DNA of 64,000 nucleotides. Origin: Planctomycetota bacterium. GTDB taxonomy: Bacteria; Planctomycetota; UBA1135. The notes below the pieces were generated by a model that had not been told where the DNA came from, did not search any database, and saw only the letters and a program-made list of their open reading frames with translations. A program made the position numbers and the translations under genes. The stretch's first letter is position 1, and every line of letters starts with the position of its first letter. The DNA lies in contig JASMMA010000014.1 in the NCBI GenBank assembly GCA_030748415.1, forward strand, positions 180 to 64,179. Direction: 5' to 3'. Below, one piece after another: positions 1-10,435 of this stretch.

Positions 1-54
1 AGCCTCTTAATTATCTATGGCGTCACCTGAAAGGGATGCGAGACTATATTCAAC

Positions 55-1356
55 ATGGTTGCCACCAGCCTCGCTCTCGCGCTTCTTGCGGCAGTACTAC
101 CTGCTCAAAATACTGGAGATAAATTCCATGTGGGGGACTCCTCCCCCTCGTTGATGCTACTGGAGCAATTGGGAAACCGAGGTGTTCCCGCTGGACAACG
201 GCAAGAGATTTGGAGTCGATTGGCTGATGCAGGGGGACCGCTTCCATTTGGGGACGTGTCCTCATTGCGGTCTGATGTGCGTGCTTCTTGGCTCCCTGAC
301 TATGTTCGCTGCTTGGGTCGTACTTCCCATGAGGCGGTTCCTCTGCTGGAGCGATACTTGGATTCTCATCTTGCACCAATCCGTGCGGAGGCCATCTTTG
401 CTATCCCGCAGCTGGGCGGGTCGGGCGGTGTGAATATTGCACTGAGGGTGTTGCGTGATTCCGAAGAAGAGAACATAGTGCGAGTTGCAGCATTGCGTGG
501 ATTGTCTAGAGCCGGGTCACCATTCTCTCGTGTTGAGGCGGCGCGGCGACTCAAAACTGCGGAGGGTCCCTTGCTTCTTGAAGCAGTTGCCACTTTGGCT
601 TCGCGGCCCAACCCCAGCGACATTCCCTACTTGATTCCTCTTATTCAAAGGGCACCCAATTCGCGTGCCGCAGGCGAGGCGGTTCTTCTTCTGCAGAAAC
701 TTACCGGATATCGCATCGGGCGAGATGCGCGAACCTGGACATACTGGATGCGCCGATACCAAATTGAAGGGAAAGCATTTTGGCGAGAGCCTCAACCGGG
801 CGAAGGAGACTTAAAAACTTTGACCTACTTGGGGATCCCTATTCTTGGAGATAGGGTTGTTTTTGTATTGGACTCTTCTGGCTCAATGGCCTCTCCAATG
901 CAAGAACGAGCCCCTCTCACGCGTGGCGAGTTTGCAGTCCAGGCTCTAAACGAGTTGATTCCTCGCTTACCTGAGACGGCACTCTTTTCACTCTCTTTTT
1001 TCGAAGAAAAAGTCTACGCGCTTTCTCGAGGTCTGGTTTCCCGTACACCTCAAGGGTTAAGCACTGCAAAGCAGTGGCTTCGTTCTCGCCGTTTCTCTGG
1101 CGGAACAAATCTATTTGGTGGGCTCGAGCGGGCATTTGAGTTTGATGGCGTCGAGGAAATCATTCTCCTGAGCGACGGGGCTCCCTCTGCAGGAGATGTC
1201 CTCATCCCATCCAAAATCCTCTCTAAGATTCGAAGGCTAAATCGCTGGCGACGGATTCGGGTGAGTTCGATTGGGATTGGTGTAGGAACGAGCGAGCGAA
1301 CATTCCTTGCTCAACTGGCCGAAGAAAACCAGGGTGACATCCAATTCCACCATTAG
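55..1356 (+). CDS. Secreted HEAT-repeat + vWA domain protein
   Basis: Signal peptide; HEAT-like repeats (IRAEAIFAI, VRVAALRGL) ending in ARTWTYW; vWA MIDAS motif VFVLDSSGSM plus GGTNL and ILLSDGAP. Confidence 0.85.
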   Translation: MVATSLALALLAAVLPAQNTGDKFHVGDSSPSLMLLEQLGNRGVPAGQRQEIWSRLADAGGPLPFGDVSSLRSDVRASWLPDYVRCLGRTSHEAVPLLERYLDSHLAPIRAEAIFAIPQLGGSGGVNIALRVLRDSEEENIVRVAALRGLSRAGSPFSRVEAARRLKTAEGPLLLEAVATLASRPNPSDIPYLIPLIQRAPNSRAAGEAVLLLQKLTGYRIGRDARTWTYWMRRYQIEGKAFWREPQPGEGDLKTLTYLGIPILGDRVVFVLDSSGSMASPMQERAPLTRGEFAVQALNELIPRLPETALFSLSFFEEKVYALSRGLVSRTPQGLSTAKQWLRSRRFSGGTNLFGGLERAFEFDGVEEIILLSDGAPSAGDVLIPSKILSKIRRLNRWRRIRVSSIGIGVGTSERTFLAQLAEENQGDIQFHH

Positions 1357-1365
1357 AATGCTTTC

Positions 1366-2409
1366 ATGAGAGCAGTTCGCGTTCATGAACATGGTGGTGA
1401 GAGAGTTCTTCTTCTTGAAGAGCTTCCCATTCCAGAACCAGGCCCAGGGGAGGTGCGGATTCGAGTTGCTTGGTGTGCCCTCAACCATTTGGACACCTGG
1501 GTTCGGCGAGGTGTACCTGGACACCGGTTCCCCCTTCCATTAATCCCGGGTTGCGACTTCAGCGGGGTGATTGATTCTTGTGCTTCTGATGTGACCGATT
1601 GGCCCCAAGGAACCCGCGTTTGCGTGAACCCGGGCCTTTTCTGTGGGAGTTGTTCTTGCTGCATGGCTGACAATCAGCATCTATGTCGAGGCTTTGGAAT
1701 CTATGGTGAAACGACCCATGGCGGAAATGCTGAATTCGCAGTCGTAAAAGCTGAGAATCTTCTTCAGGTTCCAGATTCATTCCCATTGGACAAAGCAGCC
1801 GCCTTTCCCCTTACTTATTTAACTGCCTGGCGGATGTTAGTGGGAAGGTGCCAGATTCGTGAAGGGGAAAAGGTTCTCATTCATGCAGCGGGTTCCGGAG
1901 TATCTGTTGCAGCAACTCAAATTGCTCGCCACTTTGGTGCAAGAGTCATGGTGACTGCAGGAACTGATGAAAAAGTAGAAAAGGGAATCGCAAATGGTGC
2001 CGAGGCCGGTTGCAACTACCAAACCGAGGACTGGAAAAAGTTTGCCAAGGAATGGGCAGGCGGGTCCAACTTGGACATTATTGTGGACCATGTGGGCATG
2101 GACACGATTCCGGCGGGCATTTGGTTGCTTGCCAAAGGCGGGCGCCTCGTTACTTGCGGAGTGACATCTGGCGCAGAGATGAATCTCCACCTTGCCCCAG
2201 TTTTCTTTAAGTCGCTATCGATTCTGGGTTCCACTATGGGGACCCCGAGAGATCTTTCAAATGCGGCAGAACTCATCTGGACTGGCCAGCTGAGCCCTGT
2301 CCTTGATTCTTCCTTTTTAATGGCAAATGTCCAAGAGGCCCACCGCAGGATGGGAGAAAGGGCAGTCTTTGGAAAGATACTGCTCGAAGTCGACAGCAGC
2401 CTCGGCTGA
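1366..2409 (+). CDS. Zinc-binding alcohol dehydrogenase / MDR family oxidoreductase
   Basis: Structural Zn motif CGSCSCC..C; PLIPGCDFSG; HAAGSGV nucleotide-binding loop; C-terminal FGKILL. Confidence 0.9.
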   Translation: MRAVRVHEHGGERVLLLEELPIPEPGPGEVRIRVAWCALNHLDTWVRRGVPGHRFPLPLIPGCDFSGVIDSCASDVTDWPQGTRVCVNPGLFCGSCSCCMADNQHLCRGFGIYGETTHGGNAEFAVVKAENLLQVPDSFPLDKAAAFPLTYLTAWRMLVGRCQIREGEKVLIHAAGSGVSVAATQIARHFGARVMVTAGTDEKVEKGIANGAEAGCNYQTEDWKKFAKEWAGGSNLDIIVDHVGMDTIPAGIWLLAKGGRLVTCGVTSGAEMNLHLAPVFFKSLSILGSTMGTPRDLSNAAELIWTGQLSPVLDSSFLMANVQEAHRRMGERAVFGKILLEVDSSLG

Positions 2410-2422
2410 GCCTACCCTCAGG

Positions 2423-3190
2423 ATGAACTCTAACCCGATACCACCCATGATTAGTACCGTCGCACTCGCTTTCTTTCCCGCCGCCCTTTTCGCACAAGAA
2501 GCTCCCGCCGTCAAAGTGGAGCCCCGAACCGAGCTCGAGTTTGCCCAAGTTGCGACTTGGCCCGGCTCCAAAACCTCTCAGACATTGCTCGGGGTCGGCG
2601 TGCGCGATAAGACCTTTCTACGAGTCAAAGTTTATGCGCTTGGGCTCTATGTGGATCCTGTTGGCGCCGCCAAAGCTTTGGACAAGTGGCAGGAAACCTC
2701 TGTAAAAAAGATGCAGAAAGACAACAAGTTTTATGATGCTTTGCTGAATGGAAAATTTAGCAAGACCATGCGTTGGGTCTTTGTGCGTGATGTCGATGGT
2801 GAAGATATTGCCGAAGCTTTTGAAGATTCTCTCGAGCCACGCTTGAAAACTCTTGCTAAGAATGAGAAAGGAAAGAAGGGCTCCGAGGCGAGAGCCGCTG
2901 CTGCAAAAACGGGCCTCAAGACCTTGAAGTCGTGGTTTACCGAAGAAATTGAAGATGGCCAGGAACTTGTTTTTGCGTGGCACCCTGGCGGAAAGTTGAT
3001 TGTTCAGCTAGAGGGGAAGCTAATCGGGGAACTTACTTCGGAGCATGTATCTACTGCCCTGTTTGATACAGCAATTGGTGAGGACACCGTTGCCGAAGAT
3101 GCGCGAGAAGATTTCCCCACAGGAGTCTCCATGATGTTCGAGATTGCGTCCCAGAGGCTTCATGTGAAGAAGGGCCCTCCGGAGAAGTAA
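2423..3190 (+). CDS. Secreted chalcone isomerase-like fold protein
   Basis: LLGVGVRDKTFLRVKVYALGLY is typical of the CHI-like family; signal peptide ending LFA-Q; start 2423 or 2447. Confidence 0.75.
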   Translation: MNSNPIPPMISTVALAFFPAALFAQEAPAVKVEPRTELEFAQVATWPGSKTSQTLLGVGVRDKTFLRVKVYALGLYVDPVGAAKALDKWQETSVKKMQKDNKFYDALLNGKFSKTMRWVFVRDVDGEDIAEAFEDSLEPRLKTLAKNEKGKKGSEARAAAAKTGLKTLKSWFTEEIEDGQELVFAWHPGGKLIVQLEGKLIGELTSEHVSTALFDTAIGEDTVAEDAREDFPTGVSMMFEIASQRLHVKKGPPEK

Positions 3191-3205
3191 GCGCCCTCAA
3201 GACCC

Positions 3206-3496
3206 ATGCTCACCTACCTTCTGAGCTTTTGTTTATTCCTGATTGCCGTCTCTGCGATGGCGGTGGGGGTGATTTTTGCAGGGAAGCGCTTGTCGGGCTC
3301 CTGTGGCGGAGTGAGCCCCGATGGGGATGAATTAGGTGATTGTGTCTGCTCTCGAAAGGACCAAGAACTTTGCCCGTCCGAAGACGAAACGGGCCTCCTT
3401 GGCATGGCCGAGATGGGTTACCCGAAGCGGGTTCTCAAGGAGCCTCACAGGGATGCGGGCCCCGATTCCGAACCTGAGCCTCCGCTAAGCGTTTAG
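3206..3496 (+). CDS. nqrM: Na+-NQR maturation factor NqrM (DUF539)
   Basis: TM helix followed by MAVGVIFAGKRLSGSCGG and three further Cys; the nqr operon and apbE lie nearby. Confidence 0.85.
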   Translation: MLTYLLSFCLFLIAVSAMAVGVIFAGKRLSGSCGGVSPDGDELGDCVCSRKDQELCPSEDETGLLGMAEMGYPKRVLKEPHRDAGPDSEPEPPLSV

Positions 3497-3579
3497 CCCC
3501 AAATTCTGTTCCTGAATGGGGCACCTCCGCCCCTGAAATTGCGTTATCGCTGGGCTTGCGCCGCTATACTTCCGCTCCA

Positions 3580-4431
3580 ATGGAATACGGAAAACTCCCA
3601 ATCCCCACCGTAGCCGCCACTTTGGCGGCCCTTTTTCTAAGTTCTACCCTATTTGCCCAAGGATGGCCCGGTGATGAACCCAGCACCACGCCAGAGTCTG
3701 GCTCTGGCTGGGGGAATAGCGCCGATGACCCTTGGGGCGACTCCCCGACATCTGAGTCAGAAGCAGCCCAAGATGACCCTTGGGAAACTTCTGAGCCAAC
3801 TCAAGATGAAGCAACTTCAGACTCTGGCTCTTCTTGGGGTTTCCAAGATTCGCGGCCAAGTTCAGGCCCCGAGCTCTCTCTCACCGCCCCTAAAATGGGT
3901 GGCTCTTGGCGGGTCGCTGGCTACTCCGGTAGCGATTTCACACTCAACCTAGAAGATTTTGGTTTGAACCTTTCTGCCGAACTCGAAATTGGTTCCGAAT
4001 CTTCATCAGGCGATTCCGAATTTGGTTTCGCCGGTGGAGTTGGCTTCCACCTCCTGGATGGTGAGATTGATTTGGGGCTTTCGCTTACAGACCCAGACCT
4101 GTATTACCGTTCTTACTTCCGATCTGCTACATCCACATCCCGCGCCTTTTGGGAGGTTCGAACGAATATTGCCCAATCAATTGACCTGAACTTTGGAGGT
4201 TCTTCTGGAGTAGAGGATTTGCGCCTTCGCCTTGCTGCCGGAGCCGGATATTCCCACTCCATTAGTGAAGATGTCTCCTTGGAAATCCGAGGGCACTTCC
4301 TTTACCTCAACCTCCTTGATGGCTTTGAATACCAAATACTAGGCGGCCTAGATGACTTCCATGGCGATGCGAGTACTTGGGATTCCTTCGGGAGCCAATC
4401 TCTAGAATTTGGCCTCGCTGTCCGCTTCTAG
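3580..4431 (+). CDS. Probable outer-membrane beta-barrel protein with acidic low-complexity N-terminus
   Basis: Signal peptide (LFA-Q); amphipathic beta-strand pattern; C-terminal LEFGLAVRF. Confidence 0.6.
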   Translation: MEYGKLPIPTVAATLAALFLSSTLFAQGWPGDEPSTTPESGSGWGNSADDPWGDSPTSESEAAQDDPWETSEPTQDEATSDSGSSWGFQDSRPSSGPELSLTAPKMGGSWRVAGYSGSDFTLNLEDFGLNLSAELEIGSESSSGDSEFGFAGGVGFHLLDGEIDLGLSLTDPDLYYRSYFRSATSTSRAFWEVRTNIAQSIDLNFGGSSGVEDLRLRLAAGAGYSHSISEDVSLEIRGHFLYLNLLDGFEYQILGGLDDFHGDASTWDSFGSQSLEFGLAVRF

Positions 4432-4463
4432 GTACAAATTTTCCCCTAAAACAAATAAAAAAA

Positions 4464-4868
4464 ATGAAAAAATTACTCATTCTTCCCCTTCTTCTGGTTT
4501 CCTGCGCGACCACGCACTCCGGTTACGAATCAGGGCGCACATTCCCCGTTGACGCGAACTCTTTGCATATGAATATCAATTATTCACAAGAGGCCTCTTA
4601 TGGTGAAGCTAGCGAAACTACGATTCTTGGCTTGATTAAGCTTGGTCCATCTGATTTTGCCTACGGCGGTGGGGGACCTGGCTTAGGCTTCGCCTCACTC
4701 CTTGGTGCCGGAAACTCGGTTGATTCTGCAGCCGTTGCCGATGTCTTGAGCAAGTCTCAAGCAGATGTTTTGGGTTTCCCTCTTTTCCGAAAAAGAGTCA
4801 CTAACTTTTTCCTCTGGAAAACTGAAACTGTTCAAGTGAAAGGATATCCCGGAAAAGTTGTCCGGTAG
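4464..4868 (+). CDS. Small lipoprotein of unknown function
   Basis: MKKLLILPLLLVSC lipobox; C-terminal TETVQVKGYPG. Confidence 0.65.
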   Translation: MKKLLILPLLLVSCATTHSGYESGRTFPVDANSLHMNINYSQEASYGEASETTILGLIKLGPSDFAYGGGGPGLGFASLLGAGNSVDSAAVADVLSKSQADVLGFPLFRKRVTNFFLWKTETVQVKGYPGKVVR

Positions 4869-4919
4869 TAGCCTGCAACAAGAACTCAGGCATTTCTGTT
4901 CTTCAAGTTTTGCCTTCAC

Positions 4920-4952
4920 AAAGAAGCCCGCAATTTATTTGTGGGCTTCTTT
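4920..4952. terminator. Bidirectional intrinsic terminator
   Basis: AAAGAAGCCCGCAA-tttat-TTGTGGGCTTCTTT hairpin between the convergent lipoprotein gene and apbE. Confidence 0.8.
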
Positions 4953-4975
4953 CATTTCATGAGCCATCTTTGCGA

Positions 4976-6037
4976 TTAAAGAGATGGCCAATTGGTCGAC
5001 GCTTGGTTTTCGAATCCCTCCTCAACGCGCAGAATCAGCAAAGCTTCGGTTTCGGGAAGAGATTCAATCAGTTTCATTCCTTCTTCGGCACCTAGGACCA
5101 TTACGGTGGTGGCGAGGGCATCGGCAGTCATGCAGTCCTTAGCGAGAACACTGACCGAGGCTAGATTGTGCTCAATGGGCCGTCCGGTGCGTGGGTCAAT
5201 GGAGTGGGAGATGCGCTTTCCATCGAGCACGCGGTAGTTTCGATAGTCTCCGGATGTGGCGAGGGCTTGGCCACTCATTAGGGGGACGGTGATTTGGGAA
5301 GAACTTCCAAAGCTGGCATTGTCGTTGGGTTGCTCAATAGCAATCTTCCACGGAGAACGATTGGGTTTCGTTCCATGAACGAGGAGTTCGCCGCCCACTT
5401 CCAGCATGAAGGAAGACGCACCCGCTTCTTGAAGGGCAGCAGAGGCATAATCAGCTCCAAAGCCCTTGGCGATGGCAGAAAAATCTAGCTGCACTCCATT
5501 GAGGTCCTTTCTAAGAGCTGGGGGGGATTCTTGAAATTGAATGTGCTCCCAGCCCACCAGTTTTCGAACTTTGCGGAGTTGTTTTTCAGTTGGAGCTCCA
5601 GGTTGTCGCTCAGTGGGGCCAAAGGACCACGCCTCAACTAGGGGCATAACAGTTGGGTCGAAAGCACCCTCACTTTGCTCAGCCCAAGCGAGAGCTTGAA
5701 GAGCGACCTCCAAAGTTAAGGGTGAGACCGGAACCCACCGGCCGGCCGGAGCTCGATTGAAAATAGAAAGATCAGAGTCCGGTTTATAGGTGGACATGAG
5801 TCCATCAATCTCTGCCAATGCTAGATTGGCCGCCTCCCGGTAGAGCTCAGCAACTTCTGGGGCAGGAGCGGTGCGAACTCCACTAGGAAGTTTGGCGTGC
5901 CATGTTGTGCCCATTGTGCTTCCGGTAAGTTGGACATCTAGATTTGCTGAAGTTTCAGAACCGCAAGAGGGGAGCAAAAGCAAACAGGTGGCTATCCAGC
6001 CACCTGCTCGAGTCAAAGTCATGAGAGAAGAGCGCAT
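4976..6037 (-). CDS. apbE: FAD:protein FMN transferase ApbE (lipoprotein)
   Basis: LPSC lipobox; GSTMGT, FDPTV, LDFSAIAKGF, ATSGDYRNY, SHSIDPRTG, ADALAT; directly after nqrF. Confidence 0.97.
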   Translation of the reverse strand: MRSSLMTLTRAGGWIATCLLLLPSCGSETSANLDVQLTGSTMGTTWHAKLPSGVRTAPAPEVAELYREAANLALAEIDGLMSTYKPDSDLSIFNRAPAGRWVPVSPLTLEVALQALAWAEQSEGAFDPTVMPLVEAWSFGPTERQPGAPTEKQLRKVRKLVGWEHIQFQESPPALRKDLNGVQLDFSAIAKGFGADYASAALQEAGASSFMLEVGGELLVHGTKPNRSPWKIAIEQPNDNASFGSSSQITVPLMSGQALATSGDYRNYRVLDGKRISHSIDPRTGRPIEHNLASVSVLAKDCMTADALATTVMVLGAEEGMKLIESLPETEALLILRVEEGFENQASTNWPSL

Positions 6038-7275
6038 TAACCTCCGAAGTCATCCAAGAAGATATCTTCGCGCTCCACTCCAAGGTTTACAAGCATGTCA
6101 ATGACCGCCTTGTTCATCATGGGTGGACCACACATGTAGTATTGGCAGTCTTCAGGAGCGGGATGATCTTTGAGGTAGTTCTCTAGCAGCACCTGATGAA
6201 TGAACCCGGTTGGGCCAGACCAGTTATCTTCAGGGAGGGGGTTATCCAGGGCCAAGTTCCACTCAAAGTTTTCAAAATCGCGGGCGATACCGTCGAAATC
6301 CTCAATGTAGAAAGCCTCTCGTAAAGAGCGGGCGCCGTACCAGAAGCTGACCCTGCGCTTCGACTCCTTCATCGTGCGGAAAAGGTGCATCAGATGGGAG
6401 CGCATTGGGGCCATGCCCGCGCCGCCTCCAATGAAGACCATTTCACGATCGTTGTCTTTGAGGAAAAACTCACCATAAGGACCAGAAATCGTGACCAGGT
6501 CACCAGGCTTCTGGGCAAAAATGTAGGAAGAGCCTTTCCCCGGAGGAATCCCTTCAGGGCCACGAGGTGGGGGAGAAGCAATCCGAACATTTAGCATGAT
6601 CCGGTTCCCTTCAGCCGGGTAACTCGCCATGGAGTAGGCGCGTTCACAAGGCTCGTCAGTGACCGAGTGATAACGCCACATGTCGAACTTGTCCCAATCT
6701 TCGCGATACTCATCTTCAATGACATAGTCCGCATATTTGACATCGTGTTCAGGGATTTCAATCTGAATGTAGCCCCCTGATTTGTAGTCAATACTTTCCC
6801 CTTCGGGTAGTTGCACCACAAACTCTTTAATGAAGGTGGCCACATTGTTGTTGGAGATGACTTCGCACTCCCATTTCTTTACGGAGAAGATTTCGGGCTC
6901 CACTTCGATGGCCATGTCTTCTTTCACCTTGACCTGGCAAGCAAGCCTCCAGCTTTCTTTGGCGTCGCCACGAGAAATGTGCCCTTCTTCAGTGGGCAAA
7001 AGGTCGCCGCCGCCATCGTGCACTTGCACGCGGCACTGGCCACATGTGCCACCGCCCCCGCAAGCAGAAGGAATGAATAGTTTTTGCTCTGAAAGAGTCG
7101 TCAGGAGGGTGTTTCCGGCCAAACAAGACATGGCCTTGTCGTTGTCCTCGTTCACCGTAATAGTAACGGGGCCGGATTGGACCAGTTTTCCTTTTGCCCA
7201 AAGAAGGAGGGCAATCATTGCCATGACAACGATAGAGAACATGAGAACGCCGAGTCCGATGGTGTTGTAGTCCAT
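6037..7275 (-). CDS. nqrF: Na+-translocating NADH:quinone reductase subunit F
   Basis: [12 protein letters not shown] 2Fe-2S motif, [22 protein letters not shown]-terminal DDFGG. Confidence 0.98.
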   Translation of the reverse strand: MDYNTIGLGVLMFSIVVMAMIALLLWAKGKLVQSGPVTITVNEDNDKAMSCLAGNTLLTTLSEQKLFIPSACGGGGTCGQCRVQVHDGGGDLLPTEEGHISRGDAKESWRLACQVKVKEDMAIEVEPEIFSVKKWECEVISNNNVATFIKEFVVQLPEGESIDYKSGGYIQIEIPEHDVKYADYVIEDEYREDWDKFDMWRYHSVTDEPCERAYSMASYPAEGNRIMLNVRIASPPPRGPEGIPPGKGSSYIFAQKPGDLVTISGPYGEFFLKDNDREMVFIGGGAGMAPMRSHLMHLFRTMKESKRRVSFWYGARSLREAFYIEDFDGIARDFENFEWNLALDNPLPEDNWSGPTGFIHQVLLENYLKDHPAPEDCQYYMCGPPMMNKAVIDMLVNLGVEREDIFLDDFGG

Positions 7276-7286
7276 TTTTGTGACCT

Positions 7287-7898
7287 CTATAACTGGATGC
7301 CGCTAAACAGCATGAAGCCCATGGCCATCAGGCCGGTAACCATGAATGTAATCCCCAACCCCCTGAGAGCAGGCGGAACATTGGAATACTTCATCTTTTC
7401 GCGAGCGGCGGCGAGGGCCACGATGGCCATCCACCAACCTAGTCCGGAGCCGAGTCCGTAGACCGTGCTTTCGGCGAGGTCGTATTCCCGCTGCACCATG
7501 AACAAGGAAGCACCAAGAATGGCACAGTTCACAGCAATCAGCGGTAGGAAAACGCCCAATGCAGAGTAGAGCTTGGGGGCAAACTTATCGACCGTCATTT
7601 CCACAATCTGAACCATGGCCGCAATCGTGGCAATGTAAGCAATGAAACCCAAGAATGAGAGATCGACCTCTGCGAGTTCCGGGCTCACCCAGCCAAGCGC
7701 ACCTTCTTTCAGGAGGTAGGTGTAAATCAGATTGTTCAAAGGAACGGTAACAATCAAAACGAAAGTGACCGCAAGCCCTAATCCATTGGCGGTGTCCACT
7801 TTCTTGGAGACGGCCAAGAAAGAACACATTCCAAGGAAGAAGGCAAGGGCCATGTTCTCGACAAACATGGACTTGAGGAAAATGTTAAAGAGTTCCAT
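7287..7898 (-). CDS. nqrE: Na+-NQR subunit E
   Basis: [36 protein letters not shown]. Confidence 0.97.
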   Translation of the reverse strand: MELFNIFLKSMFVENMALAFFLGMCSFLAVSKKVDTANGLGLAVTFVLIVTVPLNNLIYTYLLKEGALGWVSPELAEVDLSFLGFIAYIATIAAMVQIVEMTVDKFAPKLYSALGVFLPLIAVNCAILGASLFMVQREYDLAESTVYGLGSGLGWWMAIVALAAAREKMKYSNVPPALRGLGITFMVTGLMAMGFMLFSGIQL

Positions 7899-7902
7899 CT
7901 TC

Positions 7903-8526
7903 TTACTCCTCCTCGTTTAGTTCGGGGCTCACCGTGCGTTGAACCCAAATGATGAATCCAATCAAAAAGAAGGCACCTGGCGCAAGAACCATGAGTCCGT
8001 TTGGTTGGTACCAACCACCGTTATTGACTGTTTTCAAAACTTCAATTCCAAACAAAGTTCCTGAGCCTAACAGCTCACGGAAAAACCCGACCGCAATCAA
8101 AATGGCAGAGTAACCAAGAGAGTTTCCAAAACCATCAATTGCGGAAGGAATCACGGGGTTCGCCATTGCAAAGGCTTCGGCACGTCCCATCACAATGCAG
8201 TTTGTAATGATGAGACCAACATAAACAGACAACTGCTTTGAGATGTCATAAACGAAGGCCCGCATAACTTGATCTGCAACAATAACCAAAGAGGCAATGA
8301 TGGCGAGTTGAACAATAATCCGCACACTGCCGGGTATTTTGTTTCGAATCGCTGAAATCGCCATGTTGGAACCAACTAGAACAAAAGTAAGGGCCGCCGA
8401 CATCACGATGGATGTTTCCAGCTTTGTGGTTACCGCAAGGGCAGAACAAATTCCCAGAACTTGAAGAGTGATGGGGTTGTTAATGTGGAGCGGATCCACC
8501 AGGATTTTTTTAGATTTGCGATCCAT
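7903..8526 (-). CDS. nqrD: Na+-NQR subunit D
   Basis: [33 protein letters not shown]; start at MDRKSKK. Confidence 0.97.
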   Translation of the reverse strand: MDRKSKKILVDPLHINNPITLQVLGICSALAVTTKLETSIVMSAALTFVLVGSNMAISAIRNKIPGSVRIIVQLAIIASLVIVADQVMRAFVYDISKQLSVYVGLIITNCIVMGRAEAFAMANPVIPSAIDGFGNSLGYSAILIAVGFFRELLGSGTLFGIEVLKTVNNGGWYQPNGLMVLAPGAFFLIGFIIWVQRTVSPELNEEE

Positions 8527-9284
8527 TATTGGGCCCCCTTCTGTGCTGTGATGAAGGGGCCGTAGCCATCTTCTCCAAACCAAAGGGCAATCATGTGTCC
8601 AACAGCGCGACTGGTAATGGTGGCGCCAGAAAGTCCATCCACCTCGTGGGTGGAATCTTTGACTTGGCCTTTCTTCACCACAGTAAGAAGTGGCGTGTCA
8701 CCTTGAGGGTCAATGAGTTTCCCATTCCAGAGCGCTTTCCACTTTGGATTGTCCACTTCGCCACCAAGCCCCGGGGTTTCGCCGTGAGCGTAGTAGGTGA
8801 TTCCTTTTACGGTGTTCAGGTCAGGTTCAATGGAGATGTATCCATAAAGAGTGGACCAGAGTCCGTTCCCCCAAATGGGAAGAATCCAGCACTCTTTTCC
8901 CGCAGCTGTGACTTGGTAAACCTCAAGAGTGTTCGGGAGGCTTGAAACCCGAGCGAGATTGGAGAGACCCACCTCAGCTTGGTCGGGATCTTTGGCCGCC
9001 TTCACGACATCGTAGGTTCCAAAATCAATTTCCCCTTGAATAGCGCCAGATTTGCGATTCACTTGGAATGTTTTGATTTTCCCGAATAGTTGGGTCACCT
9101 CTTCTCTTGAAACAGATGAGTTTTCTGAAAGGCCGGCGACCACCAAAATGTTCCGCTGCTTGTCGAGTCGTTGGTTTTCGATTTGCCGGTCTTTCAGGCC
9201 AACGGCAAAACTAGAAACAACCAGCGAACAGACGAGGCAAACGAGAAGGGCAAAGCCAGCGGTGTACTTGTTACTGAACTCCAC
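8526..9284 (-). CDS. nqrC: Na+-NQR subunit C
   Basis: [21 protein letters not shown]-attachment motif DGLSGATIT. Confidence 0.97.
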   Translation of the reverse strand: MEFSNKYTAGFALLVCLVCSLVVSSFAVGLKDRQIENQRLDKQRNILVVAGLSENSSVSREEVTQLFGKIKTFQVNRKSGAIQGEIDFGTYDVVKAAKDPDQAEVGLSNLARVSSLPNTLEVYQVTAAGKECWILPIWGNGLWSTLYGYISIEPDLNTVKGITYYAHGETPGLGGEVDNPKWKALWNGKLIDPQGDTPLLTVVKKGQVKDSTHEVDGLSGATITSRAVGHMIALWFGEDGYGPFITAQKGAQ

Positions 9285-10434
9285 AACGAACCTCCCGGCG
9301 TTTGATGTTAGCTTTGACTACGTAGTAATCAATGACTGGGGCGAAAATGTTCATGAACAAAATGGCGAGCATCATGCCTTCGGGATAGGCGGGGTTGAGC
9401 ACCCGCACGAGCACACAAAGAAGGCCAATGAAGATACCGTAAATCCATTTGCCGCGATTGGTTTGAGCGGCGGACACGGGGTCGGTGGCCATGAAAACAG
9501 CACCGAAAGCAAAACCACCCACCACAAGATGCCAGTGCCAAGGAATGGCCATGTAGTGTTCGGGGGAGGGGGCGAAGGCGTTGAGTAGGAGACTCATTCC
9601 GACTAGACCCAAAAGAGAGCCGGCCATGATGCGCCAGGAGCCAATCTTGGAGAGAATCAAGACCGCGGCACCTATGAGGCAAGCAAGGGTGCTGACCTCT
9701 CCTAGTGAGCCTGGAATCCGGCCAATGAAGGCGTCCATCCAGTCCAAGTTCGCAAGGGCAGCTGCGCCATCGTTGTAGAACTCCGCAAGCGGGGTGGCGC
9801 CGGAAAAGCCATCCACCCATTGGTCGTTGGCTGCGACCCAAACTTCATCACCGGAAATTTGACCCGGATAAGCAAAGAAAAGGAAGGCGCGTCCGGTGAG
9901 AGCGGGATTCAGAATGTTCATTCCGGTTCCCCCAAAAATTTCCTTTCCGATGAGGGTTCCAAAACCAATTCCAAGCGCAACTTGCCACAGCGGAATGTTG
10001 GGTGGCACGATGAGAGGGAAGAGTAGAGAGGTGACCAAAAAGCCTTCATTGATTTCGTGCTTCCGAACCACTGCGAAAATAGTTTCAATCATGCCACCAG
10101 CTGCCATCGTCACGATGTAAATGGGCAGGAAGATGAGCAATCCTTGAAGTGTGGCCGCTAAACACTCAACAGAGTCGGGTGAGGCACCAGCAGCAACTTG
10201 AGCCTGAAGGCCTGCGTTGTAGAAAGACCACAGGGTTGCAGGTATGAGCGCAACAACCACCGTCATCATGGCTCGTTTCAGATCGAGACCATCGCGGACA
10301 TGAGGACCAGTATGGGTCGCTTTTGCAGGGGTGTAGAGGAAGGACTCACCAGCTTCAAAAAGTGGGTGGTATTTTTCGAACTTGCCACCCTTTTCAAAAA
10401 AAGGAGCCAGCTTGTCAAACATGGAGCGCAACAT
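9271..10434 (-). CDS. nqrB: Na+-NQR subunit B
   Basis: HVRDGLDLKR, KEIFGGTGMN, FMN site SGATPL, FMATDPVS, PEGMMLAIL. Confidence 0.97.
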   Translation of the reverse strand: MLRSMFDKLAPFFEKGGKFEKYHPLFEAGESFLYTPAKATHTGPHVRDGLDLKRAMMTVVVALIPATLWSFYNAGLQAQVAAGASPDSVECLAATLQGLLIFLPIYIVTMAAGGMIETIFAVVRKHEINEGFLVTSLLFPLIVPPNIPLWQVALGIGFGTLIGKEIFGGTGMNILNPALTGRAFLFFAYPGQISGDEVWVAANDQWVDGFSGATPLAEFYNDGAAALANLDWMDAFIGRIPGSLGEVSTLACLIGAAVLILSKIGSWRIMAGSLLGLVGMSLLLNAFAPSPEHYMAIPWHWHLVVGGFAFGAVFMATDPVSAAQTNRGKWIYGIFIGLLCVLVRVLNPAYPEGMMLAILFMNIFAPVIDYYVVKANIKRREVRCGVQ

Positions 10435-10435
10435 C

